Origin: Patescibacteria group bacterium | GTDB taxonomy: Bacteria > Patescibacteriota > Patescibacteriia > JAQUQO01 | Reading direction: 5' to 3' | Assembly: GCA_028716045.1 (NCBI GenBank) | Contig: JAQUQO010000001.1 | Span: 632,961 to 696,960 of the forward strand | Length of the DNA: 64,000 bases | In this document: piece after piece, positions 35,733-44,513 of the stretch | How positions within the stretch are numbered: position 1 is the stretch's first letter | Layout of the letters: each line of letters begins with the position of its first letter | The notes under the pieces: generated by a model | What the model saw: only the letters and a program-made list of their open reading frames with translations | Told to the model about the DNA's origin: nothing | Database searches by the model: none | Made by a program: the position numbers and the translations under genes

Positions 35733-37745
35733 CTAATCATATTCAATAACCTTATCTTCCCCAGCTATCTCCCACTTATCAAACAAATCCTCCGGCACTT
35801 CGGACAAAAAAGTGGATGGACGATTGATGTTTTCGCCGGTCGTATAGCTAAAACTGATAATCGGGAAAGATAAATAAAGCTCGCTTTTGGCGCGCGTCAC
35901 CGCCACGTAAAACAGCCGCCGCTCCTCCTCCATCTCGCGCGGGTCGGCAAAAACTTTATAATGCGGAAATTGCCCTTCGGCCAAGTGAATGATAAAAACC
36001 ACGTCCCACTCCAGCCCCTTGGCCTGATGAATGGTGGACAAAACCAAATAGTCATCGGCACTCCCCGCCCCGAGCGAAGTCGAAGGGTCCCCACGCCAAC
36101 CTTCGGACAAACTCACGTCGGCCAAAAAATCGTCTAAATCTTTATAAGAAACGGAAAAATTGGAAAGTTGAGAGATGTCTTCCCACCGCTCCCGCCAATT
36201 TTCAAAAGTTGCTTCCAGATATTTTTCGTAATCCTTTAAAATCAAAGTAATGGCCGAAGCGATGAAATTGTCTTTGATATTAAGAAGAGAACGCAGTAAA
36301 TTATTCAATTGCCGCAAACCCGCGCCGCACCTTTCGCTAAAGCCGATATTTTCTAAAACATTTTCTAAAACAATATCCGCTACCGAGCTATAATCGGAGA
36401 TTCTTTGCCAGACCTTCCGCGCCGTGGCTTCGCCGATGCCCGGATATAACCTTAAAATTCTCGTCCACGAGAGTTCGTCTTTATTATTGGCAAAAACGCG
36501 GAGATAAGCGACGATATCCTTAACGTGCGCTTGTTCAAAAAACCTGATGCCCCCGCGGACAATATAAGGAATGCCGCGCTTATTCAATTCCAGCTCCAAT
36601 TCCAGCGCCTGATAAGCGGCGCGAAAAAGCACCGCCATATTTTTTAAATCCTTGCCCTGGTCTCTTAATTCCAGAACTCTCTGCGCGATAAACTCCGCCT
36701 GCTCGTAATTGTCCTTGCAAGGAACGACGGTGGGCCGCGAACCTCCCTCTTTTATCGCTTTTAAATTTTTCTTAAACTGCCGCGCATTATTGCTGATGCT
36801 GGCGTTGGCCAAATCTAAAATGGTTTCGGCGCTGCGATAATTGGTCTCCAGTTTGAAAGTTTTAGCTTCCGGAAAATGTTTGGGGAAATCCAAGATATTG
36901 TCCACGTTGGCGGCGCGGAAAGAATAAATGCTTTGCGCGTCATCGCCGACCACCAAGATATTGCGATGCCGCGCGGCGAGCGATTCCATAATCATCGCCT
37001 GAATTTTGTTGGTATCCTGATACTCATCAACCAAAATATATTGGAGTTCGTCAGCTATTTTATTTTTCACCTCCGGATGCTCCACTAGCAAACGATGCCA
37101 ATTAACGAGCAAATCGTCAAAATCCATTACGTTGGAAGCTAATTTTTTATTATTGTAGAAACGATAAATTTCTTCAATCGTCGGGAGGAGCGGCTCGCCT
37201 ATTTGCTTATATTTACTTTCCACAATCTCGGCGATTGACAGCCGGCTGTTTTCTTTAAAACTAAAAAGTGCGTGCAGGACATCAACCTTGGGAAAATACT
37301 TATCTTTGACGTTAATGCCCAGTTCCCGCACGCAGGATTTAAGAAAATCCTTGGCGTCCTCTTCGTCCAAGATGTTAAAGTTTTTGTTATAACCCAATTT
37401 GCCGGCGTGCCGGCGCAAAATGCGGTTGCCCAAATGATGAAAGGTGCCGCCCCACAGTCCGCGAGGAGAATCGGTTAAAAGCGACTCCACGCGATTAAGC
37501 ATTTCTTTGGCCGCCTTATTGGTGAAAGTGACAAGCATAATGTTGTTGGGCCGCACGCCTTTTTCTAAGAGATAAGCCACGCGATAAATAAGGGTGCGCG
37601 TTTTGCCGCTCCCCGCTCCGGCCAAAACCAAACAAGGGCCCTCGCCCTCGGTCACCACCCGATACTGCTCCTCATTTAACTCTTCCTGATAATTTATCTT
37701 CGTGGGGAATGATTGATTATTGGGATGGAGAAAATACCTCGTCAT
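35733..37745 (-). CDS. UvrD/PcrA/Rep-family ATP-dependent DNA helicase.
   Basis: 670 aa with Walker A (AGAGSGKTRT) and helicase motifs throughout. Confidence 0.9.
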   Translation of the reverse strand: MTRYFLHPNNQSFPTKINYQEELNEEQYRVVTEGEGPCLVLAGAGSGKTRTLIYRVAYLLEKGVRPNNIMLVTFTNKAAKEMLNRVESLLTDSPRGLWGGTFHHLGNRILRRHAGKLGYNKNFNILDEEDAKDFLKSCVRELGINVKDKYFPKVDVLHALFSFKENSRLSIAEIVESKYKQIGEPLLPTIEEIYRFYNNKKLASNVMDFDDLLVNWHRLLVEHPEVKNKIADELQYILVDEYQDTNKIQAMIMESLAARHRNILVVGDDAQSIYSFRAANVDNILDFPKHFPEAKTFKLETNYRSAETILDLANASISNNARQFKKNLKAIKEGGSRPTVVPCKDNYEQAEFIAQRVLELRDQGKDLKNMAVLFRAAYQALELELELNKRGIPYIVRGGIRFFEQAHVKDIVAYLRVFANNKDELSWTRILRLYPGIGEATARKVWQRISDYSSVADIVLENVLENIGFSERCGAGLRQLNNLLRSLLNIKDNFIASAITLILKDYEKYLEATFENWRERWEDISQLSNFSVSYKDLDDFLADVSLSEGWRGDPSTSLGAGSADDYLVLSTIHQAKGLEWDVVFIIHLAEGQFPHYKVFADPREMEEERRLFYVAVTRAKSELYLSFPIISFSYTTGENINRPSTFLSEVPEDLFDKWEIAGEDKVIEYD

Positions 37746-37863
37746 AATATAATAACATTATAACACGGTAACAAAATAGGCAAGGAATTGACACCGATAA
37801 ATAAAAATGCTAAAATGACCCAATTAATGTTTTTTGAAAATTTAAATTTTGGAGGATAAAAGG

Positions 37864-38667
37864 ATGAAAATAAAACAACATAAAACACCTAAGAGATTAT
37901 TCCTGTTTTCCCGTCTTGTGGTATCAATATTTTGCAAAAGATTCTGCATTATTGGCAAAGAAAATATTAAAGAAAAATGCCAAAATCAAAATTATATTAT
38001 TGTCTCCTCCCATATTTCCAATCTAGACGCGCTAGCGGCTATCGTGGCGTTGGGAGATATCTTGGATTTACAGATTACGATTGAATCAACATTATTCAAA
38101 CCAACTGAGCCCCAGTGGTATATATTTCAATTGACAGGAAAAGAAAATTTTAGCCCTCTGCAATACGAAAAATTAGCAAAAAGGAAAGAAGGTAAATTTA
38201 ATCCCAAAGATTTCGAAAAGATATCGCAAAAAATGGCGGAAGGGAAAACTCCGTGGATAGTTATACATCCATTCACTCACGAAGAAAAAATGCAAAAAGC
38301 GAAAATAGGCCCGATTTATTTAGCCCAAAAAACGGGAGCGTCCATTATCCCCACGGCACTTGAATATGAAAACGCCTCCCTAAGCTTAGCCGGAAGAATA
38401 AATAGAATTAAAGCTCTGATCGGACGCCTAAAAGGAAACGGCATTGCTACTTATCGCATAGGAGAACCGGTTAAACTGCCTAAAATAGAAAATGTGGAAA
38501 TTATAGAAAAACTCTATAACAAAAAAATGAATGGCGAAAAAATAACCGAAGAAGAAGAGCAAGAATCTTTAAGAGTGGTGGAAAAGCTAAAAACACAAGC
38601 TGATTATATCGCAAGAATTATATCCGAAATGCTGCCACCTCAAAATAGGGGAATATACGGGGAATGA
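37864..38667 (+). CDS. PlsC-like lysophospholipid acyltransferase-family protein.
   Basis: HX4D motif (SSHISNLD). Start at the ATG at 37864 after a GGAGGA RBS; the track uses an upstream TTG at 37849. Confidence 0.65.
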   Translation: MKIKQHKTPKRLFLFSRLVVSIFCKRFCIIGKENIKEKCQNQNYIIVSSHISNLDALAAIVALGDILDLQITIESTLFKPTEPQWYIFQLTGKENFSPLQYEKLAKRKEGKFNPKDFEKISQKMAEGKTPWIVIHPFTHEEKMQKAKIGPIYLAQKTGASIIPTALEYENASLSLAGRINRIKALIGRLKGNGIATYRIGEPVKLPKIENVEIIEKLYNKKMNGEKITEEEEQESLRVVEKLKTQADYIARIISEMLPPQNRGIYGE

Positions 38668-38680
38668 TTTAAAACTTTTA

Positions 38681-38712
38681 TCTTAAAAACCGCGATAAAA
38701 ATTCGCGGTTTT
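38681..38712 (+). terminator. Rho-independent terminator.
   Basis: CCGCGATAAAAATTCGCGG followed by TTTTTTC. Confidence 0.7.
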
Positions 38713-38824
38713 TTCTTTAAGGTAAGCGGGGTAAGGTTTGACAAAATATTCAAAATTTACTACAATAAATGACTACTGTTGTTTGACAAAATTTGACAAA
38801 AATTAAACCCTTGGAGAATAAAAA

Positions 38825-39685
38825 ATGGACGAAAATTATACGCTTGAAGAAATTGAGGAAATAGAGAAGTCAGCGATTAAATTTAAAAAGGGAAATTTCT
38901 TCAGATTGCCCTGTATTCTACGTGGTAATAAAGTGGCGAGCCGCAATCCAGAATCACAAGTAGAAAATTATTCCACTATAACCGACTGTTTTCCTTTAAG
39001 CAGCGGCAAATGGATATTTCTTGTTTACGCTTATCCCCTGTCTATCATCCACCGTTTACTTGACGGACTGGCGAAGTGGGCCACTGAAAAATACTGTATC
39101 AAATCTCTTACTCCTAAAAAATGGCAGCAAGCCTTTATCAAAAACTCATTCATCCCGATAATAAATATCCAAATGCCGAATGTGATAGCCATGCCTTATG
39201 TTGATAATGAGAACCTTTTTGACGTCCTGTCTGACCGCATCCCAAAGTATCATTTTGAAGAAAAAAGGGGGATGATAAAAAAGGCCTGTCTCGTTATAAA
39301 CGAAATGCACGGCAGAAATATTATGTGGGGAGAACTTATTGCTCCTAATATGATATACACATCTCACGGAGAAATCATAATCTGCGATACGGAAACCCAG
39401 TATTATCGAGGAAACATAATCGAACAAAAATCCTCCGATTGGCTGGACTTTATTTGTTCCACTTGCGGCGCGATGGTAAAAGCCTATGGTGAAATCGTTG
39501 TTGCCCCGATAATTGAGGATATCGTTTGGCGGATAAAAAATCGGAAAGTAGCGAATCATCTAAAAATCAGATGTCAGAAAAAAAGAACCTGGTTGCACCG
39601 CCTTTTCAGCGCCTATACTGCGGAACGTCTCGCTTGCCCGCCAAAACTATATGACAACATCAAAAGGATAATCGCGGCCTCATAA
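38825..39685 (+). CDS. Hypothetical protein with a protein-kinase-like fold (Kdo/WaaP/RIO-type) and a divergent catalytic loop.
   Basis: INEMHGRNIMWGELIAPNMIY resembles a catalytic loop with D replaced by E, and IIICDTE resembles DFG. RBS GGAGA. Terminator at 39690-39720. Confidence 0.55.
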   Translation: MDENYTLEEIEEIEKSAIKFKKGNFFRLPCILRGNKVASRNPESQVENYSTITDCFPLSSGKWIFLVYAYPLSIIHRLLDGLAKWATEKYCIKSLTPKKWQQAFIKNSFIPIINIQMPNVIAMPYVDNENLFDVLSDRIPKYHFEEKRGMIKKACLVINEMHGRNIMWGELIAPNMIYTSHGEIIICDTETQYYRGNIIEQKSSDWLDFICSTCGAMVKAYGEIVVAPIIEDIVWRIKNRKVANHLKIRCQKKRTWLHRLFSAYTAERLACPPKLYDNIKRIIAAS

Positions 39686-39773
39686 AATCTGTTCTTGAGC
39701 CCAAGCAACGCTTGGGCTTTTTTAATTAAAAACAGACCCATTGATTTAGGTCTGTTAAAGGGTCTTGATATTT

Positions 39774-40295
39774 TTATATAACCTCCAAAGCGCGTTGCTC
39801 GTCAGGCGAGGCCTCTTTTCGTAAATTCCCCCAAGCCGTACTTTTTTTTAAAATCGTCACCTGTTCGGCGGATAAATTATTCAAGGCATTCTGAATCAAC
39901 CCCTCGCCTAAGTCAGAATCAACCGCTATTAAATACGCGGTTGCCCAGTTTTTCTCCGCACATAGATAATCGTAAAGCTTCTGTTTGTCTTTTTGTATCT
40001 CCTCGATTGAGCAGGAAATTTCTTTTTTCAGAGCTTCATCCCGGGTCTGCTCTAATAAATTTTTCAAAAACAGACAAGCGGCGAGAGGATTCGCAAAATT
40101 TCTATAACGAAAATAATTTACCCTGGCCACCGCCTTGTCGCCCAGAAAATAGCCGAATCGCAGAGCCGAATCATAATCGCCGTTTTCTAAGGACTCATCG
40201 TACCTCTTCCCTATGTAAGCATAGAAAGTCGCGACCGCAACCAATACAACAAACAAAATCGTGCTACCGGTTTCCATTATTTTTTTACCTTTCAT
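39774..40295 (-). CDS. Hypothetical membrane-anchored protein.
   Basis: N-terminal TM helix then a helical soluble domain. Start uncertain; the track ORF extends to 40316. Confidence 0.5.
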   Translation of the reverse strand: MKGKKIMETGSTILFVVLVAVATFYAYIGKRYDESLENGDYDSALRFGYFLGDKAVARVNYFRYRNFANPLAACLFLKNLLEQTRDEALKKEISCSIEEIQKDKQKLYDYLCAEKNWATAYLIAVDSDLGEGLIQNALNNLSAEQVTILKKSTAWGNLRKEASPDEQRALEVI

Positions 40296-40377
40296 TAAAT
40301 TTATTTGAAAGAACAATTATTCTAAATTATTAAACATTCTTACATACTGTCTTTAAAAAATCAATACCAACGAAATA

Positions 40378-41904
40378 CTAGTCCGCTTTTGGTCGATATT
40401 GCAAGGCCTCGGCCACATATTCAGTAGTAATCTCCTCGCTCCCCGCCAAGTCGGCAATGGTGCGCGCCAATTTCAAAACGCGGTGGTAAGAACGCGCCGA
40501 GAGCCGCATCTGGGCCACGGCATTGCGCAAAAGCTCGCGCGTGTCTTCTCTAAGCGGACAAAACTTTTTAACTTCTTCCGATGACATCTCGCTATTGGCA
40601 AAAATGCCCGATTTGCCAAAACGCTCTCTTTGCCTCCCCCGCGCCGCTTCCACTCGCCCGCGGATATCCGCCGAACTTTCTCCGTGGTTGTCACTGACCA
40701 TTTTTTCAAAATCAATCTGCGGCACTTCAATATGAATATCAATGCGGTCCAAAAGCGGACCGGAAACCTTTTTCTGATATTTTAAAATCTGCATGGGCGA
40801 ACAGGTGCAAATTCTTTTGGGGTCAGAAGCGTAACCGCAAGGACAGGGATTTTGCGCCGCCACCAAAATAAACTTGGCGGGGAATTCCACCGTGCCGGAA
40901 ACGCGCGAAACCGCCACCACGCCATCCTCCAGCGGCTGGCGCAAATTTTCCAGCACCCGCCGGTCAAACTCCGGAAACTCGTCCAGAAATAAAATTCCGC
41001 GGTGCGCCAAAGAAATTTCTCCCGGCTTGGGCCAGGTCCCGCCGCCGACCAACGCCACGCCCGAAGCGGTGTGATGCGGACTGCGGAAAGGACGCTTTCT
41101 CGCCACTGGCTGATTGGGTGGTAACAACCCGGCGGCGGAATAAACGCGGGTTATCTCCAGCGACTCCTCCACGGTCAAATTAGGCAGAATAGTGGGGATT
41201 GTCCGCGCTAAAAAAGTTTTTCCTGAACCCGGCGGTCCGCTCATTAAAATGTTATGCGCTCCGGCGGCGACAATTTCCAGCGCCCGCTTGGCCTGTTCCT
41301 GCCCTTTAATGTAAGCCATGTCCGCTGAACCATAATCAACATTTTGAAGTTCACTTTGAAAATCCAACGGCTCCACCTCCGGCGGTATTTTTTCTTTTTG
41401 TAAAAACTGAATGAGCTCGCTTAAATTTTTCACCGGAATAATTTTTACTCCGCTGATTAAACTCGCCTCGCGCGCGTTCGGCTCCGGCAAATAAACTTTC
41501 TCAAATCCTTTTTCCCGCGCCATCAGCATCAGCGAGATAACTCCATTCACTCCCCGCACCTCACCGTCCAGCGCCAGTTCGCCTACTAAAATTGACTTAG
41601 ATAGATCCTCCTTAAGCAAAATCTGTTCCGAGGCCAACAGTAAACTCAAAGCCATCGGCAAATCGTAAGCCGGCCCTTCTTTCCTGATGTCCGCCGGCGC
41701 CAAATTGGCCGCCACCCTTCCCCGCGGAAACTGAAAACCGCTGTTTTTTATGGCTGACCGCACGCGCTCGCGCGACTCCTGCACCGCCGTATCCGGCAAA
41801 CCGACAACAATAAAATTGGCCAAACCGGAAGAAACGTCCGCCTCCACTTCAATGGGCGCGCAAAAAAGGCCGATAGCGGCCGAAGAAAAAACTTTTGCCG
41901 ACAT
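40378..41904 (-). CDS. comM: YifB/ComM-family Mg-chelatase-like AAA+ ATPase.
   Basis: 508 aa with an N-terminal Lon-like domain, Walker A (GPPGSGKT) and C-terminal helices. Confidence 0.9.
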   Translation of the reverse strand: MSAKVFSSAAIGLFCAPIEVEADVSSGLANFIVVGLPDTAVQESRERVRSAIKNSGFQFPRGRVAANLAPADIRKEGPAYDLPMALSLLLASEQILLKEDLSKSILVGELALDGEVRGVNGVISLMLMAREKGFEKVYLPEPNAREASLISGVKIIPVKNLSELIQFLQKEKIPPEVEPLDFQSELQNVDYGSADMAYIKGQEQAKRALEIVAAGAHNILMSGPPGSGKTFLARTIPTILPNLTVEESLEITRVYSAAGLLPPNQPVARKRPFRSPHHTASGVALVGGGTWPKPGEISLAHRGILFLDEFPEFDRRVLENLRQPLEDGVVAVSRVSGTVEFPAKFILVAAQNPCPCGYASDPKRICTCSPMQILKYQKKVSGPLLDRIDIHIEVPQIDFEKMVSDNHGESSADIRGRVEAARGRQRERFGKSGIFANSEMSSEEVKKFCPLREDTRELLRNAVAQMRLSARSYHRVLKLARTIADLAGSEEITTEYVAEALQYRPKAD

Positions 41905-41958
41905 ATTTTAAATGCCCAGAACTCGCTGGGCATTCTATTTAAAAAAATAAATTTTATT

Positions 41959-43095
41959 TCACGGTTTGAATACTTTAACGCTTTCCAGTTTCCCGTCTTT
42001 AATCACGTAAACGGCGTATGAAGAAAGGCGATTGCCCGCCTCGTCAAAACTCAAGCTCCCCAAAGCCTGCTCCCATTTTTTGAGATTAACTAAATAATTC
42101 TTTATCTTACCAAAATCATCTCCATATTTTCCGGCCGCTTCGGCCAACAAATAAATCGTGGAATAGATATTAGCTTGCTCGGCAGCGAAAGAAACCTCTT
42201 CACCATATCTCTTTTTAAACGCTTCTGCAAATTTTTCAAATTTTTTATTTTCTTCGCTCACTGCTTTCACGGTATAAAAGCCGTCTAAAGACGAATAATC
42301 TTTCCAAATATCATTACTAAACATTTGACCGGGGAGAAATATTGTTTTTTCCAGGCCGGCGGTTTTTAATTCTAACGCAATTTTTTCAGCAACAGCCGGC
42401 ATTTCTGATATTAAAACTAAAGCGCCGAAATCTTTACCCTTAAGCTCGTTGATAATTTCAGACGCCTCAAAACTCTTCGGATAAAAATAAATATCTGCCG
42501 CTATCTTTCCTCCCTTGGCTGAAAAATATCTTTTAAAATCTTCAACTAAAGTCAGGGCATAATCTTTTTTTTCATAAACCACCGCCGCCGTGCCAACCTT
42601 GGCTTTAGTGGCGAGATATTCCGCCAGCATGAAACCTTCCTTATCATTATTAACCGCTAAACTAAAAAAATTATCTGCGCCGCTTCCGCTGACACCGCCG
42701 CCAGCCGAAGCAATAACAATCGCCTCCCGCCCTTTCACCGCCTTGGCCATGGACATAATTTCGCTTTCGCAAAATCCGCCGATGACAAAATTAACTTCCT
42801 CTTTATTGATTAAATCCTCTGCTCCTCTGGCCGCTTTATTGGATTCGCATCCGCCATCGCGATACAAAAGCTCCACTCGCACCTTGCCGTTTTGGCCATT
42901 AATTTCTCTCATTGCCAAATCAGCCGCCGCCTTCATCGCTGGCCCCTGCTTCAAAAAAGAGTCCTCCAATGGCAAAATTACGCCGATTTTCAACAACTTT
43001 TTTTCACCACCGATAAAATTATTGGATAATAGATAAACCGCAGCGGCGAGAACAATGATGCTAACAATTATAATTAAAATTTTTCTTTTGGACAT
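41959..43095 (-). CDS. Periplasmic-binding-protein type-I (LivJ/branched-chain amino-acid-type) substrate-binding protein.
   Basis: 378 aa with a signal/anchor peptide and the Peripla_BP_6-like pattern. No ABC permease or ATPase genes adjacent. Confidence 0.75.
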   Translation of the reverse strand: MSKRKILIIIVSIIVLAAAVYLLSNNFIGGEKKLLKIGVILPLEDSFLKQGPAMKAAADLAMREINGQNGKVRVELLYRDGGCESNKAARGAEDLINKEEVNFVIGGFCESEIMSMAKAVKGREAIVIASAGGGVSGSGADNFFSLAVNNDKEGFMLAEYLATKAKVGTAAVVYEKKDYALTLVEDFKRYFSAKGGKIAADIYFYPKSFEASEIINELKGKDFGALVLISEMPAVAEKIALELKTAGLEKTIFLPGQMFSNDIWKDYSSLDGFYTVKAVSEENKKFEKFAEAFKKRYGEEVSFAAEQANIYSTIYLLAEAAGKYGDDFGKIKNYLVNLKKWEQALGSLSFDEAGNRLSSYAVYVIKDGKLESVKVFKP

Positions 43096-43568
43096 ATCTT
43101 AATATTATTACCTTTATATTTAATTATAAATAAAAACGCTCCTACTGCTATCATTATATCAGCCAAATTAAAAAACGACAAAGACGCAAAGCCGACATAA
43201 TCTATGACATACCCGTAAATTATTCTATCCCCAAAATTACTTAGAGCGCCGGCAATTAAAATAACCAAACCAAACGCCGCCGCACGTCGGCCGTTTCGGA
43301 ATAACCAGTATAAAAATAAAAAAAGTCCGGCCAAAATAACCGCGCTAAAAATTACCGCTATCCCCGCTGGCAGCGGAATACTGAAAGCAATAAATTTATT
43401 GCGAAAAAATTCCAAACCGAATTTAAACGGGGGAAAAATAAAATAAACTCCCTCATCCGGGAGTTTATTTTGGACAAAATATTTGAAATAACGGTCAACA
43501 ACGAAAAAAAATAAAATCGCACCGTAGCCCCAAAAAAAATTCGTTCCAAAAAACTTTCCGCCGCGCAT
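43074..43568 (-). CDS. lspA: Lipoprotein signal peptidase (signal peptidase II).
   Basis: 164 aa with four TM helices and NFGDRI...FNLADIMI motifs. Confidence 0.8.
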   Translation of the reverse strand: MRGGKFFGTNFFWGYGAILFFFVVDRYFKYFVQNKLPDEGVYFIFPPFKFGLEFFRNKFIAFSIPLPAGIAVIFSAVILAGLFLFLYWLFRNGRRAAAFGLVILIAGALSNFGDRIIYGYVIDYVGFASLSFFNLADIMIAVGAFLFIIKYKGNNIKICPKEKF

Positions 43569-43569
43569 C

Positions 43570-43938
43570 TTACTTGCCCTTGGTCAATTTTTCCTTGCAT
43601 TCCACGCAGGCGGTAGAAACTGGACGGGCCTCAAGGCGCTTTTCTCCTATTTCCTTACCGCAATATTTGCAAATTCCATAAGTGCCTTTGGCAATACTGT
43701 CTAAGGCCTTGCTCACATCGCGAAGCGATTTTTCTAAATTATGCTCCAAGGACAGATTGTCGCTGTAAGTGGCCACCTCGCCGGCATTTTCATCTTCTTT
43801 GTCGCCATACTCCGGCATTTCCGTATCATAATCATCCTTGGCTTTCTTTTTGGCGAAACCCGAAAGACGTTCATTCAAGTTTTTCTTTTCCTCCAAAAGC
43901 TTCTCTTTCATTTTAGCAATAAATTCCTGACTGGGCAT
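43570..43938 (-). CDS. DksA/TraR-family C4-type zinc-finger protein.
   Basis: 122 aa with a coiled coil then CKYCGKEI...CVEC. Confidence 0.85.
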   Translation of the reverse strand: MPSQEFIAKMKEKLLEEKKNLNERLSGFAKKKAKDDYDTEMPEYGDKEDENAGEVATYSDNLSLEHNLEKSLRDVSKALDSIAKGTYGICKYCGKEIGEKRLEARPVSTACVECKEKLTKGK

Positions 43939-44513
43939 AAACTTCTCTTTACTTATTTATATAAGGTCATTTTAACAAGAAAATAAAAAAGGCGCAAGTT
44001 CCGCGCTGTTTTCCATATAAATTGGAAAAATTATTTGATACGGGCTTGCGCCTCCGAGCTCTTAACAAACTCTGTCGCCGCTCCGGAAGAGCGGAAACAA
44101 AGATTTGGTTCTTTTTAAAAGCTCCGATAACGCTTTTTGGCCTATTTTTTAATAAGCGTGCTCCTTTACCATTCTTATGGCCTATCCTCGGGAATTCTTA
44201 TCCCCAGGGTTAGTCCTTTCCACTTTTATTTTTGTTTGGAATAACCAGGTCTAACGGCCAATTTTAGACCTTAACGAATAGTAAAGAAGAAAGAAATTTG
44301 CCCAATATTAGATAAAATCAGGAAAATCTCTTTAAATTTAAAGAACTACGACACAATTTGCCTTATAGGTTAATTATAACACATTTTCCTGCAATTGTCA
44401 ACGCATTTTTTTGGCTTATATTAGCCATTTTTTATCTTAAACAAATACTTCTGGGGATAATATTTTTCCTGCTTTTTCGTAAAAATATTTAATATCAACA
44501 ACTTATCCACAAA

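Noticed and set aside
37849-37863. Track start codons TTG at 37849 (PlsC-like), TTG at 51856 (C45 hydrolase) and a non-ATG start at 50087 (Xer).
   Set aside because: In each case a downstream in-frame ATG has a better RBS or spacing and gives a protein length matching the family, so the shorter ATG-initiated CDS were reported.
44022-44213. 63-aa plus-strand ORF inside the 575-bp ORF-free region.
   Set aside because: No RBS and low-complexity basic composition. Treated as non-coding; the region is flagged instead as a possible ncRNA.
44040-44230. Possible RNase P RNA (rnpB) on the minus strand.
   Set aside because: Only isolated short resemblances to CR-I, CR-IV and CR-V-like motifs. The spacing (about 180 nt) is far too short for a canonical P4-to-P4 span. 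Kept only as a generic ncRNA candidate, not annotated as rnpB.
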